A stretch of DNA of 64,000 bases from the human T2T-CHM13v2.0 reference genome, Homo sapiens: assembly GCF_009914755.1 (NCBI RefSeq), contig NC_060928.1; one strand, written 5' to 3'. The notes beneath the pieces were generated by a model, which was not told where the DNA came from, did not search any database, and worked only from the letters and a program-made list of their open reading frames with translations. This document shows positions 32,756 through 45,541 of the stretch, one piece after another. The translations under genes and the position numbers were made by a program. The first letter of the stretch is position 1. Each line of letters begins with the position of its first letter.

Positions 32756-33284
32756 TTGCTTAACGACTGCAGGCTCCCGGGCATCTCCCTTCAGACTCCC
32801 GTGATAGGGCTTCCTGTGGTATTATGAGCTTCCGGTTACATTTTACTGAGCTTTGGTTACATTTTGTTTTCTCTTGTTATAAGGCTAATTTTCTATTGCT
32901 ATTTGCTTAAAGTAATAAAGTTTTAGTTTACCCCTCCCTCCCACTTGAGTGTTCGGCTGTCCTTCTGACACCATCTTGAAACAGGTTTATTCAAAGATAA
33001 AAAAGGCAGTACGAACTCTGCAATAATTCACAGAGCCCATTACATAATGTAAAACAACCAGTCAGTGAAAGCAAAACTCTTCATTCGTTACTGAGACTCC
33101 TACTTGTGAAGCTGCTGGGGAGGTGACGGGAGGACAACTGGCTGCACCCCTCAAACACTGCTCTGGCAGCCCAGTCCCCACAGCTCCGTTTCTGAGCCCT
33201 GGCGTCCACTACTGTCTGGCCTATGGGCAGTACGCTCCTCAGTTTGGTTTCCCTCTCTTCTGCCCACACCTTGGTAATTAGACC

Positions 33285-33900
<616 letters not shown>

Positions 33901-34492
33901 AAACGTGCTTCTCCCAAAAGAAGGCCTCTTGAGGGACAGAACTCTGGGTTGTGGTTGGAGGGTGTGTATCGGTGAGAGGATGGTGGATGTGTAATTCCCT
34001 TACAGGAAAGGGGACTGCTGCTCACCGGGAATGGTAATATAATCTGCAGCCTTTTAAAACTTTGCTCAACTTTCTTAATCAGAATCACTTGTCTCCTAGC
34101 ATTCTGACCTTTACATTGTTTAGGGGAGAAAGAAAACAGATACTCCAGTTGAGGAGGGATGATATTCAGTGACAAAACCTTGGCAATAAAAATATTGACA
34201 AAATGAACATTCATACAATTTTTAAAATGTAAACAAAATGTTTCAAAAATATGTATTATTGTTTGCTATATTCCCTCTTTAAACTATCATGACTTCTTAA
34301 ATTATCTTACCAGTACCTACCTATTTACTGCACGCTTTACAGAAGAGGAGTCTTTCTAAGGCTGTGTATACATTTGCCACAGAACCAAATGGGTTTGTTT
34401 ACTGTTAGTTTTATATATTCCTCTAGGTCATTAATTTTATACAAGATTCAAGAGTATTTATTTGTGTTGGTAAACCGTAATCCATAATTCTC

Positions 34493-34623
34493 ATTTATTT
34501 ATTTATTGTAGAGACAGAATCTCATTACGTTGCCCAGGCTGGTCTCAGACACCTGGGCTCAGGCAGTCCTCCTGCCTAGGCTTCCCAAAGTGCTGGATTA
34601 GACATGAGCCACTGCACCTGGCC
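34493..34623 (-). mobile_element. FLAM_C / Alu left monomer
   Basis: Single monomer with (TTTA)n tail. Confidence 0.88.
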
Positions 34624-34881
34624 CATAATCCATCAATCATTGCACCAATCTACTATACCAGCCCTTTTGGTTATTTCTATTTTTTTTTTACTATTGTAAT
34701 TTCACTATGCATTTGTCAAATTATTTTCCTTTTTTTTAAAGTCACATCAAGATTTCAAATCTTATCTCTTTTAAATCTCTTGCTAGTTAGCATTAATGGC
34801 CATCCAGAAAAAATACCAATTTTTATTTTCTTTAGGGGTCTCTTTCCTTTACATCTTTCATTATATTCCTTTAAAATTATT

Positions 34882-34978
34882 AATTTTTAAAAAACTTAAA
34901 AAAATTTGTGGGTACATAGTAGGTGTATATATTTATGGGTTACCTGAGATATTTTGATACAGGCATGCAATGTGAAAT
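34882..34978 (-). mobile_element. Very short L1MA-type 3' end
   Basis: 'gggtacatagtaggtgtatatatttatggg...tgagatattttgatacaggcatgcaatg'. Confidence 0.85.
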
Positions 34979-35039
34979 TTGATCTTTGCTAATCTTAAGG
35001 TGAATGATCATACTTCTGGCAACTGGTGAATTCAGTGGT

Positions 35040-35165
35040 GTATAGATATGCTTGATACATGTTTTTTTGTATAAATACATATATACATGCATATATATAA
35101 CATGTATACGTACATGTATTATACATATATACATGTATATATATGCAAGTATTTTTTATATATCC
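35040..35165. repeat. TA/TATG-rich low-complexity repeat
   Basis: Direct read. Confidence 0.8.
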
Positions 35166-36743
35166 ACATGTTTTAGTTTCAAATAAATATGCTTGCTTTA
35201 TAATTTTTCTAATATTAATGTATTTTATACAGAATTTAAAAACAAAGTTATTTGATATGATTCTAAAGATCAAAGTTGTATAAATAATCTTTCATAGTTT
35301 TGGTACATTATTAAATTTCAAAAAATAAAAATATAATGAATCCAGAATTAATTTTTAAATATGGTATGATTTAGGCACCTAATATTTTTTAAATAAACAG
35401 TCACATTTCCATATATCATTTATAAAATAACATTTTTAACTTTTATTAATTTGACTACCACCTTTATTATATAATTTAGTTTTTACACATTAGTGTTTTC
35501 TTATATACCCCATTAAGTGCCTATTTCTCTGCTACTACAACATAATTTAAATTTTTGTCACTTTATACCCTGTTTCTGTAACAGGCCGATCTCTCCTTTT
35601 TCTCTCTTTTTAAGTTAAAATTTTTTTTTCCATATACGTAAGTCCATATGAACTTAATTTAAAAACAATGTAAAACAAAATGTTTTTTAATTTTGTTAAA
35701 TATATACATTATTTTGAAAAAATGCCACTTTTAGTATATTGTCTTCCTGTGCAAGAACATTATCTCTCCATTTACTTTTCTAATATTTATATTGATTAAA
35801 GTGTTGTATTTCTCATATTTCTCAAAATTAAAAACATTTCTTGGTTTTTAATTTTTGCCCATTTTCATTATATATCAGATATTTTCAACATAATGTTAGA
35901 AAATTATCAATTTAAAACAATAAAATATATTATTGAAAATTTTCTGAATTCTGCCATTGTTTTACAGATATTACTCTTAGTCAAAAATTTTATCCACTGC
36001 AGAAAATTATGATTTGAACTCCTCCATTCTGATCAATGATGCTATTGTTGCCTTTGCAATAGCAATGCCAACTCACTTCAGTTACAGTGGTGATTGTAGT
36101 ATTCTTTCTATTCTTTTATTGTATTTAATTAATATCCTAGTGATTTACCATTAAGTATCATTCTGATCCTTAATTTAAGATTTTTTTTCTTTAATAATAT
36201 GAAGGAACTATATGTCTTTATTGGACCGTAAGTTTATTTTATTAAAAAGTAATTTTATTAAAGCATTTGAATTTATCAAAACTATTACATATTCATTTTA
36301 TTTTCCTTCTACATAGAACATGATTCACACTTTTGAATATTAATTTGCAAGTTCAATTCAAAATAGTGTTCTTCCATTGTATCATTTATTATCATTTCCT
36401 TTCCACTTGTTTTTTCTCTTTCTTTGCACTGGCATTTCTCTTTATCTGGGAATAAAGATCTCTTTTCCTATACTGGACAAGTCTGGAAACCAAGATAAAC
36501 TAGACACATTTGAATGCAAAGATCCCATTGCTAGCAAGTAGCATTCCCATTTGACATTTGGCTTGAAGTCTGGTAAAGAGGACGGGTAGGATAAATATGT
36601 AGTGAGAAAAAATAATCATATTTTTACCCCTACATCATTACTTGTGCCCATATTGCAGATATTATATAGAGAACAAATGTTTGTTCTTCCATAGCATGTT
36701 AATTCCTAAGAGAGTTGGAAACCAAATGAATAATACACTCACT

Positions 36744-37210
36744 ATTTATTTATTTATTTATTTATTTATTTATTTCTGAGATGAGGTCTGGCTCTGTTGC
36801 CTAGGCTCAAGTACAGTGGTGCAATCACATTTCACTGCAGTTGAGCCTCAAACTCTCAGACTCAAAGGATCTTCCTGCCTCCACCTCCCACGTAGCTGGG
36901 ACTAGCGCATTTGTCTAGCACATTAAAGGTGGTTCCTTGTAGAGATAATGTACAATCATATTTTTTTTACTATTTATCTACCTCATTATGTAATCTACAA
37001 ATAGAAACCATGAAAACCTGTGTATATATACTATATGTCCTTAAATGTACATATGTATGCACCACCATGCCTGGCTTATGTTTTAAAATTTTTTGTAGAG
37101 ATGAGGTCTCACTGTGTTGCCCAGGTTGATTTTGAACTCCTGGGCTCAAGCAATCCTCCCACTTTGGACCCTCAAAATGCTAGGATTACAGGCATAAGCC
37201 ACTCATGTTT
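36744..37210 (-). mobile_element. AluJ-like element containing a ~145-bp non-Alu insertion (36910-37054)
   Basis: Alu right arm to 'gctgggacta' resumes at 'gcaccaccatgcctggc'; J-type 'ctcctgggctcaagcaatcctccc'. Confidence 0.92.
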
Positions 37211-38429
37211 GTAATAACAGAGTTCAATTGCCTCATCAGGAGATATTTCTGAATTTTCTTCATTCATTAGAACTAGAAGATCTGAATTCTCATGTGGTCA
37301 TTTTTGTGTCATGTGCTTTCAAAACAAATGGAAGGTATTTCTACTCATTTGGAATGTGTCAATTTGGGAACAATTGTAAATATATATGTAATAGAACTAC
37401 TTTATTGAGAATGAAAGGAGTGCAATTGAGCATGTGGATTGTAATTTTACCCTCAGCCTATCTCTCACAATATCACTGGAACACCCAACCCTCTTTATTG
37501 CCTTTTCCTACACCTTATTCTCTTCACTTGAAACTCTATTTTTTCCAAGAGTAAAGCTATGTTATCATCAGATTAAACAAGGCTCTGGCAGCTACTCTTC
37601 ACTGTTACTCTTCACCTAGACTGCCTAGCGATTTTCTCTTTTGCTGTTGAATAGCTTCAGAATGTGGCTCTTGCTCCCTACTCTATTCACAGTTGCCACT
37701 GGTCCTCTCACTCTTCCTACCATAATTCATGGCCTGGAATGGAGGTTTCTCTTCCATCAGTGACTTGATAGAGAAAGAGAAGAGAAGAGAAATGAGCTTC
37801 TTGCTCATTCCCCAAAGGACATGCTGAAACTTCTTGTGCTTTATGGGCTTTACTTTCATGAATGTTAAGATGTTTTCTTTTTGGGCATTGTCAGAGAACA
37901 ATGAAAGGATAGCTTACAATCAAAAGTCTTTTTTTAATAATAGCAAATAGGTTTTCCAGGAACATCTTAGTCATAGTGTCAGTATCTGCCATATGGAAAT
38001 ATTTTTATGAGTATCTGCCATACTCATCTGCTGTCTCTGAATATCTGCTATAAGTACTCCTGCCTTTCCTTTGTTTCAGAATCTTAATTTTTATATATTA
38101 GTCCCAGTTTTCTTCCAGTATTTTTTTATAGTAGGCCTAGGTTTTCATGCAGTAGAAGACACATTGGTCTACCAGGATATTCTACTATTCCCAAAGTAGA
38201 CTTACTAATTAAGTTCCATGGTCTTAAAAGATATTTTACTTTGTGGTTATCTGCCTTTTCTGTTTAAGGGAACATATCTGATGTTGAAGCCATTTTTTGC
38301 CTTAGTTTAGCCTATCCTAAAGGTTACATATACATCCACTGATAAATTAGCGAGACCAACAAATATTAATGTGGGATGTAGCTGCCAGAGCCTTGTTTAA
38401 TCTGGTGATAACATGGCTTTACTCTTGGA

Positions 38430-38620
38430 AAACATAGAGTTTAAATAACACTTTTATAGAAATGATCTCATTTTATCTTTACAAGAGGACAACAAATTGT
38501 ACTTCATTTTATGGGGGAAAATCTTAGTAAGGCTGAGAGAAACTAAACCACTTGCCCATAGTTAGCCTGCCAAGAGAGTGAAACAACTAGGGTTTCCCCT
38601 CAGGATTTTTGTCCCTCATT
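38430..38620 (-). mobile_element. MIR fragment
   Basis: 'atctcattttatctttacaag...cattttatgggggaaa...aaggctgagagaaactaaaccacttgccca'. Confidence 0.7.
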
Positions 38621-38699
38621 ACTAAATAATTAAATTTCCAAACTGGACTTTTGGACACAAGACATTGCCTTGAAGGGCTCATCTATTTCTTATTTGAAA

Positions 38700-39570
38700 C
38701 TAGATATAGTTTTGAAATCAACTCATCCTTCCCCTCTCAAACTAGTTTCTTCTCTTACATTATCGATATTCTCCTAGAAATCTGGGGGCCTTTTGTCAGC
38801 CATTAACCCTTCCCCTCATGTACACATATACATACGTGTCAAGTCCTAGTGACTTTCCTCCTAAATGTTTTTTGAACTTTTCTCCTTACACAATGCCCCT
38901 ACTTCCATTTCCTTAGTTCTGAATCTTGAAACTCTTCACAGGAATCACTACACTGTCTTTTCAACTGGTCCTCTTCTCTCCAAAGATTTATTGCCACCAA
39001 CAGAGCATGATCAAATAGATATGACTCATTGTGTCAAAATAGATATAAGATTCACTATAAACAGATCTTTTTCTACCTAAGCAATGCATCATTTGACACT
39101 CCCTGCCTCGTAGTCTATGCTTTAGAAATCCTGATTTACCAATTACCTACATTTTCTGTGGTTCATCTTTCTCTTGTCTCTATCTTTTCTGTATACTTCT
39201 CTTTCTGTTGGAGATTTCTTTATCTTCTCCATATGCCTCATTCCTTTTTGTTCATGCATTGCCTTCATCATGCAACTTTCACTAACATCTTCAATTATTG
39301 TGCAAAGGATCCCTTCCTGGTGTTGCTATAACACCATAATACAATGTTAATACATTTATTGCTGTACTTTATTAGTTGTTAAGATTTATATTATTTCCAG
39401 TGTGTTGGTATAATGTATTTATCTCTTTATTTGATAATTAAATATTTATGTCAGATATCTTGTCTGTTTATATGCTCTCTCTCCTAATTAAACTGTAATC
39501 TTTTTAAGGGAATTATTTTCACTGACTCCTTACTTTGTCTAGCATATTAAAGGTGGTACCTTGTAAAGAT
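38700..39570 (+). mobile_element. L2 3' region, highly diverged
   Basis: 'caagtcctagtgactttcctcctaaatg', 'ctctctctcctaattaaactgtaatctttttaaggg' resemble the L2 3' end. Confidence 0.65.
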
Positions 39571-39674
39571 AATGTACAATCACATATTTATTTACTATTT
39601 ATCTCATTATGTAATCTACAAATAGAAACCATGAACATCTGTGTATATATACGTATATCCTTAAATGTACATAT
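39534..39674 (+). repeat. Donor copy of the segment duplicated at 36910-37054
   Basis: Direct alignment, roughly 88-90% identical by eye. Confidence 0.92.
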
Positions 39675-41414
39675 AAATGGACATACATGTGCACACATAC
39701 ATACATGGGATATATACACAAATATCCATGTGTGTCTACAACATATATGTATGTGTTCTTTTTTTCTCTCCCTCTCCAACTGAAAGGATACATGTTCTTT
39801 GAATTTAAAGTTTGGAATATAAAGACTTGAAGAAATATTTTACACAAAATTAAACATCTGATTCTAAAATCCAAACCCTACTCTAAGGAGTATGCTTGTG
39901 TGGGCCAGTAAAACTGAATGAGTTGGGCATGAGTTGGATGGGAGGATATAGATGGTTTTGCACTAGTTTCTCAGCTATTCCCTGATTAGAATAGTGTCTT
40001 GGGTTGTGTATTGAGGTCAAGTTGTTGACAAAGGTGACAATATCATCTTCCCTACAGTGTTATATAAAATATAAAACTGTTAGTGTAAGTGAATCCAAGA
40101 ATGTAGAAAGGTCAAATCCTTAGAAAAACTCCTGTAATTCACAAAGTCTGTGCATTCTGAGAAGTGAATACAAAAAAAATTGCAATTTGTTTTATATATT
40201 GTACGTAATCATTACACACTATGCAAACACATTCATTAAAGGGATTTTAAAGTATAGATTAAATAAGTGATGATTCAAACATATAATATTAAGCAGAAAT
40301 ATTTTGTGGATTGCTAAATAAGGCGGTAAAGTATTTAATATCCTGGATAATTTTTTGTGCTTTTAGATGGGTTGAAAACACGTTTTTCACCATTTAAAAT
40401 AAGGCATACAGGCTTCCACTATCAGAAATATTGCTAACACCTTGTGGGGAAATAATTTGATTGAGAAAAGCAGGAGAATACACACCCAAAGATAATAATA
40501 AATATATATATATCACATATAAATACATATATATGTATATATACATTTATATGTACATGTATATGTGTGTGTGTTTACATATCAATCATATGTAAAGCAT
40601 ATGAGACAAAGCCATATCACAGTCCTACTGCTTTACTACTATTTTCCTGGTTATGAGATATGATTGATTTCAGCAAAAGTCTCAATACTTATTAAGTGGA
40701 CCTACCTTAGAATATTTTTTCTATTCTAATGCTATATTATTAGAACATTTTAATATATTTTAGTCTTATATTTTGATATGTATGTTTCAATTTAAAAAAT
40801 TTTTTCTGTCTCTTGTACTAACAGCTTCCATTTTCTGATTAAATCACCTCTAATTTTATGTAAAGCATCTAATACACTGTCTTTGTGAAACTGAAGTCTG
40901 TGACATGGGGAAGTGGGGTTCTATGATTAAGAATGAAAGACTTGATGCCCTCTTATTGTGTTGTTTTCCTTTTTTTTTTTTTTTTTTTTTAATGAGTGGT
41001 TGGGACATGCAAGGTTTCTCTGTTTCTGCAAGGCCAGGATTCTGTATCAAATGTCACTTCCCCCAAATTAAGATTCTAACTCAATCTAAATACCAAGCAC
41101 CTCATCTACTAATTAATGGCATCTGTAGATTCCAAGCCTAGAATTTCCTTTGATTTATTTCATGTTCAAACTTAAACTGTTCTTTAGGGATATAAGTATC
41201 CTTATTTCATCAGTCCTAATAAAGCTCAATTTATTCAAATCCCTTGCAAGAACTTGAGCATCTCACACTTAAAACATAGTGATTATTTCTAATCCTTGTT
41301 AAGCAAATCACTCTAACCATCATACCGTTGACATCTAGAGGAGCATATTCAGGGTTAGGGAATTCTTTTTCCCTAGCTGGAAAGTTTCACAGTGTAATGA
41401 ACCTAGCTCTAGAT

Positions 41415-41610
41415 CAGCAGTTCTCATACTCGTCATATAAGTGTAAGCAGCACAATCACCTGGAAGGCTTATTTAGACACAGATTGCTGAACCCCACCCC
41501 CAGAGTATTAGATTCAATAGGCCTCGGTTAGAGCCCAAAATTTGCATTTCTAACAACTTCCCAAGTTACCTCATGCTGCTGGAGCCAAAACTGCACTTTG
41601 AGAACTATTG
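41415..41610. mobile_element. MER5A (hAT-Charlie MITE)
   Basis: TIRs cagcagttctca / tgagaactattg; perfect 8-bp TSD ctctagat. Confidence 0.92.
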
Positions 41611-41773
41611 CTCTAGATCAAAACCCAACACTCTTGCTTCTTACACTTAACTCTTTATTAAACATGTAACTTTAAGTTTGTGCCTTGTTCTCCCTGAGCT
41701 TCAAGTTCCTCATTAGCTCTGTAACATAGTTCAGTGCTCATAAGGGCCACACACATGCTAAGCAGCTGAGCTA

Positions 41774-42235
41774 TGAAAGAGAGAACATACCCATGAACAA
41801 TGGTCAGACCATATATAACAGTAGAACCTCTGTCCCAAAATCTCTGCAGCAACCAGCCCAGAAACCGCAACCTCTAAAGCAATTGGCCCAGAATGTCAGG
41901 ACTTGGACAACAACTTACAGCTTTTCCATTATGTCCGTTTCCACCTCAGCACCAACTAGAGAAAACTGACTATGCTCCCCAAACCAACCACAATTCTAGA
42001 TAACACAAATACAGTTTTCCCATGTCAAAACATCCAATTAGGGCACACCTGAAGCCTTCCCTTTGTTTTCACTATAACATTTTCCCATTTCCATGCTTGC
42101 CTTTGAATCTCTGCCAAACACAAGTGATTGCGGCTTACTCCTTTGCTATAGAAAGCTCTGAATATTTATGAATATTATGGAAAACTATTTAGCCTCTGTT
42201 TTTACACATTTGGGTGGTCTTAATTTGTTTTCACA
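41774..42235 (+). mobile_element. MER67-family ERV1 solo LTR
   Basis: 'cagaccatatataacagtagaacctctg...ctgcagcaaccagcccag'; TG...CA with 4-bp TSD gcta. Confidence 0.85.
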
Positions 42236-42609
42236 GCTAGTACTGAACCAAAACTTCTAAGTTCAGTGGTATTTCTACTTCATCGTAGCTACCACCAGTA
42301 AAAATAATAATGTCACAGTTGCATTTTTTCCTGGTATGTTTCTCAGTTTTATAGGGGAGCCACCTTATATGTGAAACATTGTTTATTTCCTGGGGAAAAT
42401 ATAGATAAGTTGTTTTAAGGAGATCACGTTTTAGTGTAAAAAAAAATCTGCTTTACAACAATAGAGGTAAATGCAGAGTATCACAATTGTGCGCACAAAG
42501 AGCATATAACCCAAACATGCAGGAAGGAGGGAATCATTCAAAGCGGATTCAGTATAAAATAATCATTTATAGGATACATTTCTACAGGTGCAGGATTCTT
42601 AGGAGAGTG

Positions 42610-44080
42610 ATGATAAACTACCCCACAAAGAAAACTCCAGGCTCAAATTGCTTCACCAGTATTTTCTGCCAAACCTTTAAAGAAGAGATTGTACTAATTG
42701 TATAAAATTCTTCTAAAAAATTGAAGAGGTGGCAATATTTTTCAACTCATTCTATGATGCCAGCATTTCTTTGATACCAAAACCAGACAAAAGTGTTAAA
42801 AAGAAAGAACGCTGTAGACATAAAACATCTCTTACGAACATACGTGGAAAAGTTCTTAATACAATATCAGAAAATTGAATCTAACAATACATAAAATAAC
42901 ATGAAGGACAAATGGAGTTTATATCAGGAATACAAGGTTAATTTAGCATTCACAATTCAATCAATGTAATTCCTGCTATGAACATACTTGTATTAGCCTG
43001 TTTTTGTTTTGCTACAAAGAAATACCTGAGACTGGATAATTTATGAAGAAAAGAGGTTGAACTGGCTCATGGTTCCACAGGCTGTACAGGAAGCATGATG
43101 GCTTCTGGTGAAGGGGAAGTAGGCACATCTTATATGGCCAGAGCAGGAAGAAGAGAGAGAGCGGGGAGGTACCACACGTTTAAACAACCAGATCTTGTGA
43201 GCATTCACTCACTATCACAAGGGCAGCATTGAGGGGAAAAATCTGCCCCCATAATCTAATTGCCTGCCACCAGGCCCTACCTCCACCATTGGGCATTACA
43301 ATTCGACATGAGATTTGGGTGGGATATGATTGAATAATGGGGGCAGATCCAAACCATATAAATACTAAGAAAGTAAGAAAACATAGAATTATCTCCATAG
43401 ACTCCATAGGCATTTTACAAATCTAACACCCGTTCCTAATAAAACTTTGTAGCAAACTAGGAACAGAATGGGCTTATTTCAGCTTGAAAAAGAGCCTATA
43501 CAAAAATTCTACTTCCTTGTTAATTTACTAATTAAGTAGTTAATTAGTAATCATAACTCACTAGGATTCTTACAACCTAGTAAATAGTAAAATATTTAGT
43601 GCTTCCCACTTATATAAAGAATAAGGAAAAGAAGACCATTCTAGAACTTGCATTCATCATTGCTACATCCATGGAAAGGTATACTACTCAGTAATAAAAA
43701 GGAACAACCCACTAAAAGACACCACAAGATAAAATAATTATACTAAATGAAAGAAGTCAGAGGAGAAAAAAAGGTACATGATATGGACAAAATATTCTAT
43801 TTATATAAAATTTGAGAAAATGCAAAGTAATCTGTAGTTAAAAAAAGCATATCAGTTGTTGTCTGGAGATGGGCTAGTTTGGAGGCAGGGAGTGAGGGAG
43901 GGAGAAGTTACACAGGGGCCTGAGAAAACCTAATGGGTAATTTATTTTTTCATTTCTTGATCATAGTAAAGTTTTTAACTTGTACAGATATATGTCCAAA
44001 CATCAAATTGTACATTTCAAATATGTGCAGGTTATTTTATATGTATTATACCTCAATAGAGCTACTAAAAATCAATTAAA
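42610..44080 (+). mobile_element. Old L1 (L1MC/MD-like) ORF2 and 3' fragments
   Basis: 'aaaactccaggctcaaattgcttcacc', 'ttgataccaaaaccagacaaa', 'caaattgtacatttcaaatatgtgcag'. Confidence 0.8.
42989..43361 (-). mobile_element. MSTA-like solo LTR
   Basis: tgtattagcc...gaaatacctgagactggataattt...ccaaaccatat; 5-bp TSD atact. Confidence 0.92.
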
Positions 44081-44412
44081 AAATGTGAAAGGGAGCCAAG
44101 AGAATCTTTTAAATTTATTTTTTAAATCTTATTTTAGAACACTAGAGCATAATTCTCCCAAATCTATGAACATTTCTTGCTACACTTGTGTAATTTTGTT
44201 CCACAGAATCATGTTTATAGCAATATTATCTGTGCTGTGGTGGAGGTATTTACAGAGAACTTTCTATAGTTACTCTGTACCTCGTACCCCTCTGACCACA
44301 AAGAGAGAATAAGAGAATGAGAGGGCAAAAATATTAAATTAAACATTTCAAATTTACAGAGTACACACACACATAAATTATGTATTCACATGCCCCATGC
44401 ATCACAAATATT

Positions 44413-44444
<32 letters not shown>
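44413..44444. repeat. (TG)n(TA)n compound microsatellite
   Basis: Direct read. Confidence 0.9.
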
Positions 44445-44445
<1 letters not shown>

Positions 44446-45541
44446 TTAATATGCATATATAGTTGTATGTGTATTTATATTACACACAAAAATATATTTT
44501 GGGAGTGTGGAGAACCAATAATTGGACAAAATGAGCTTATTGTTTTGTAAACTCATTATGAAGAAATGTATACTGAATATACAGGTATTACTTAGTGACT
44601 TGTGGTCTTTAATAGGTTGAAAAATGATTATTCTACTTTATTACAGAGTACATCAATGTCTATTATAAAACTCCATACAACGTTTTCCTCCTAAAACACT
44701 ATCTGTCATTAAAATACACATAGTGCTGTGTAAATTCCATTAAGTAGCATGTTTTTCAACACAGAAGCCAATGAATATGATTGCATTCAAGTTTTCTCAA
44801 AGTTGTTAATAAAAGTTATATCATGCAGCTTAGACACTATAAAGACAGCAGATAAAGAAATGTGCTTCATTCCTCCCTTCTCATCATGATTCTAATAGGG
44901 CAATGAAAAGTTGTTTTAATTAAACTTCAGATTGTGCAGATAGTAGAATGTCTCATTTCCTTTTATTTCTGTGCTCCTGCAGAAACGTGCTTGTCTCGGA
45001 AAGTGTCAGATGTTCCACATTTTCCTTTTTTTTTTTTAATATGACAAAGGATGGAAGTTGAAATCTGACGATTTTTCATGGAAAGAGAAGACACAAAAAG
45101 ACTTGTGTAGGAAGAAGGGTTAGGGGAAGCAAAGAGAAAATATCACATCTCTAAAAGGATGCTTTCTAAGTCAATGCCCGTTTCTGACAGATGTGGAAAT
45201 AGATATCCAAGACAGGAAGTGCGTATCAAGATTGCAAAGTAAGTTAGAGGAGACTCAGGAGTAAAATCTGTTGCCTCTTGAAAGGCACCTAACTCAGGGA
45301 GGCTAGTGGAGGTTTTCTCACAACAGGACCTCCAATGTTCTATATCCACATTAATTAAATGGGGGGAAAAGCCTAGGAATCAGATTTTAACCAAAACATG
45401 TACTTGGCTGTGTAATACACTTTGCCTTTTTAAAGTGAATAGCCTATGACGGACTCAGCAAATTTGTTCCAGTTAGATAAAGTACTTTCAACTCCTCTCA
45501 ACAACTGGCAATGCTTAAGTGCCAATAGGCAGGAGTTAAAT

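Larger units (their letters stand above)
31942..32983 (+). mobile_element. Solo ERV-type LTR (family unassigned), Alu-interrupted
   Basis: TG...CA termini (tgtaggaag...cttgaaaca) flanked by perfect 5-bp TSD ggttt (31937-31941, 32984-32988); TATA-like taataaaagg at 32246; aataaa at 32914. Confidence 0.8.

Noticed and set aside
37981-38052. CRISPR-like repeat-spacer pattern
   Set aside because: Eukaryotic DNA, only three 13-nt repeats with short spacers, and no cas genes
36911-39783. Paralogous-looking peptides MSSTLKVVPC... and MSSILKVVPC...
   Set aside because: By-product of the 145-bp DNA duplication; TTG starts, frames diverge, no splice or coding signal
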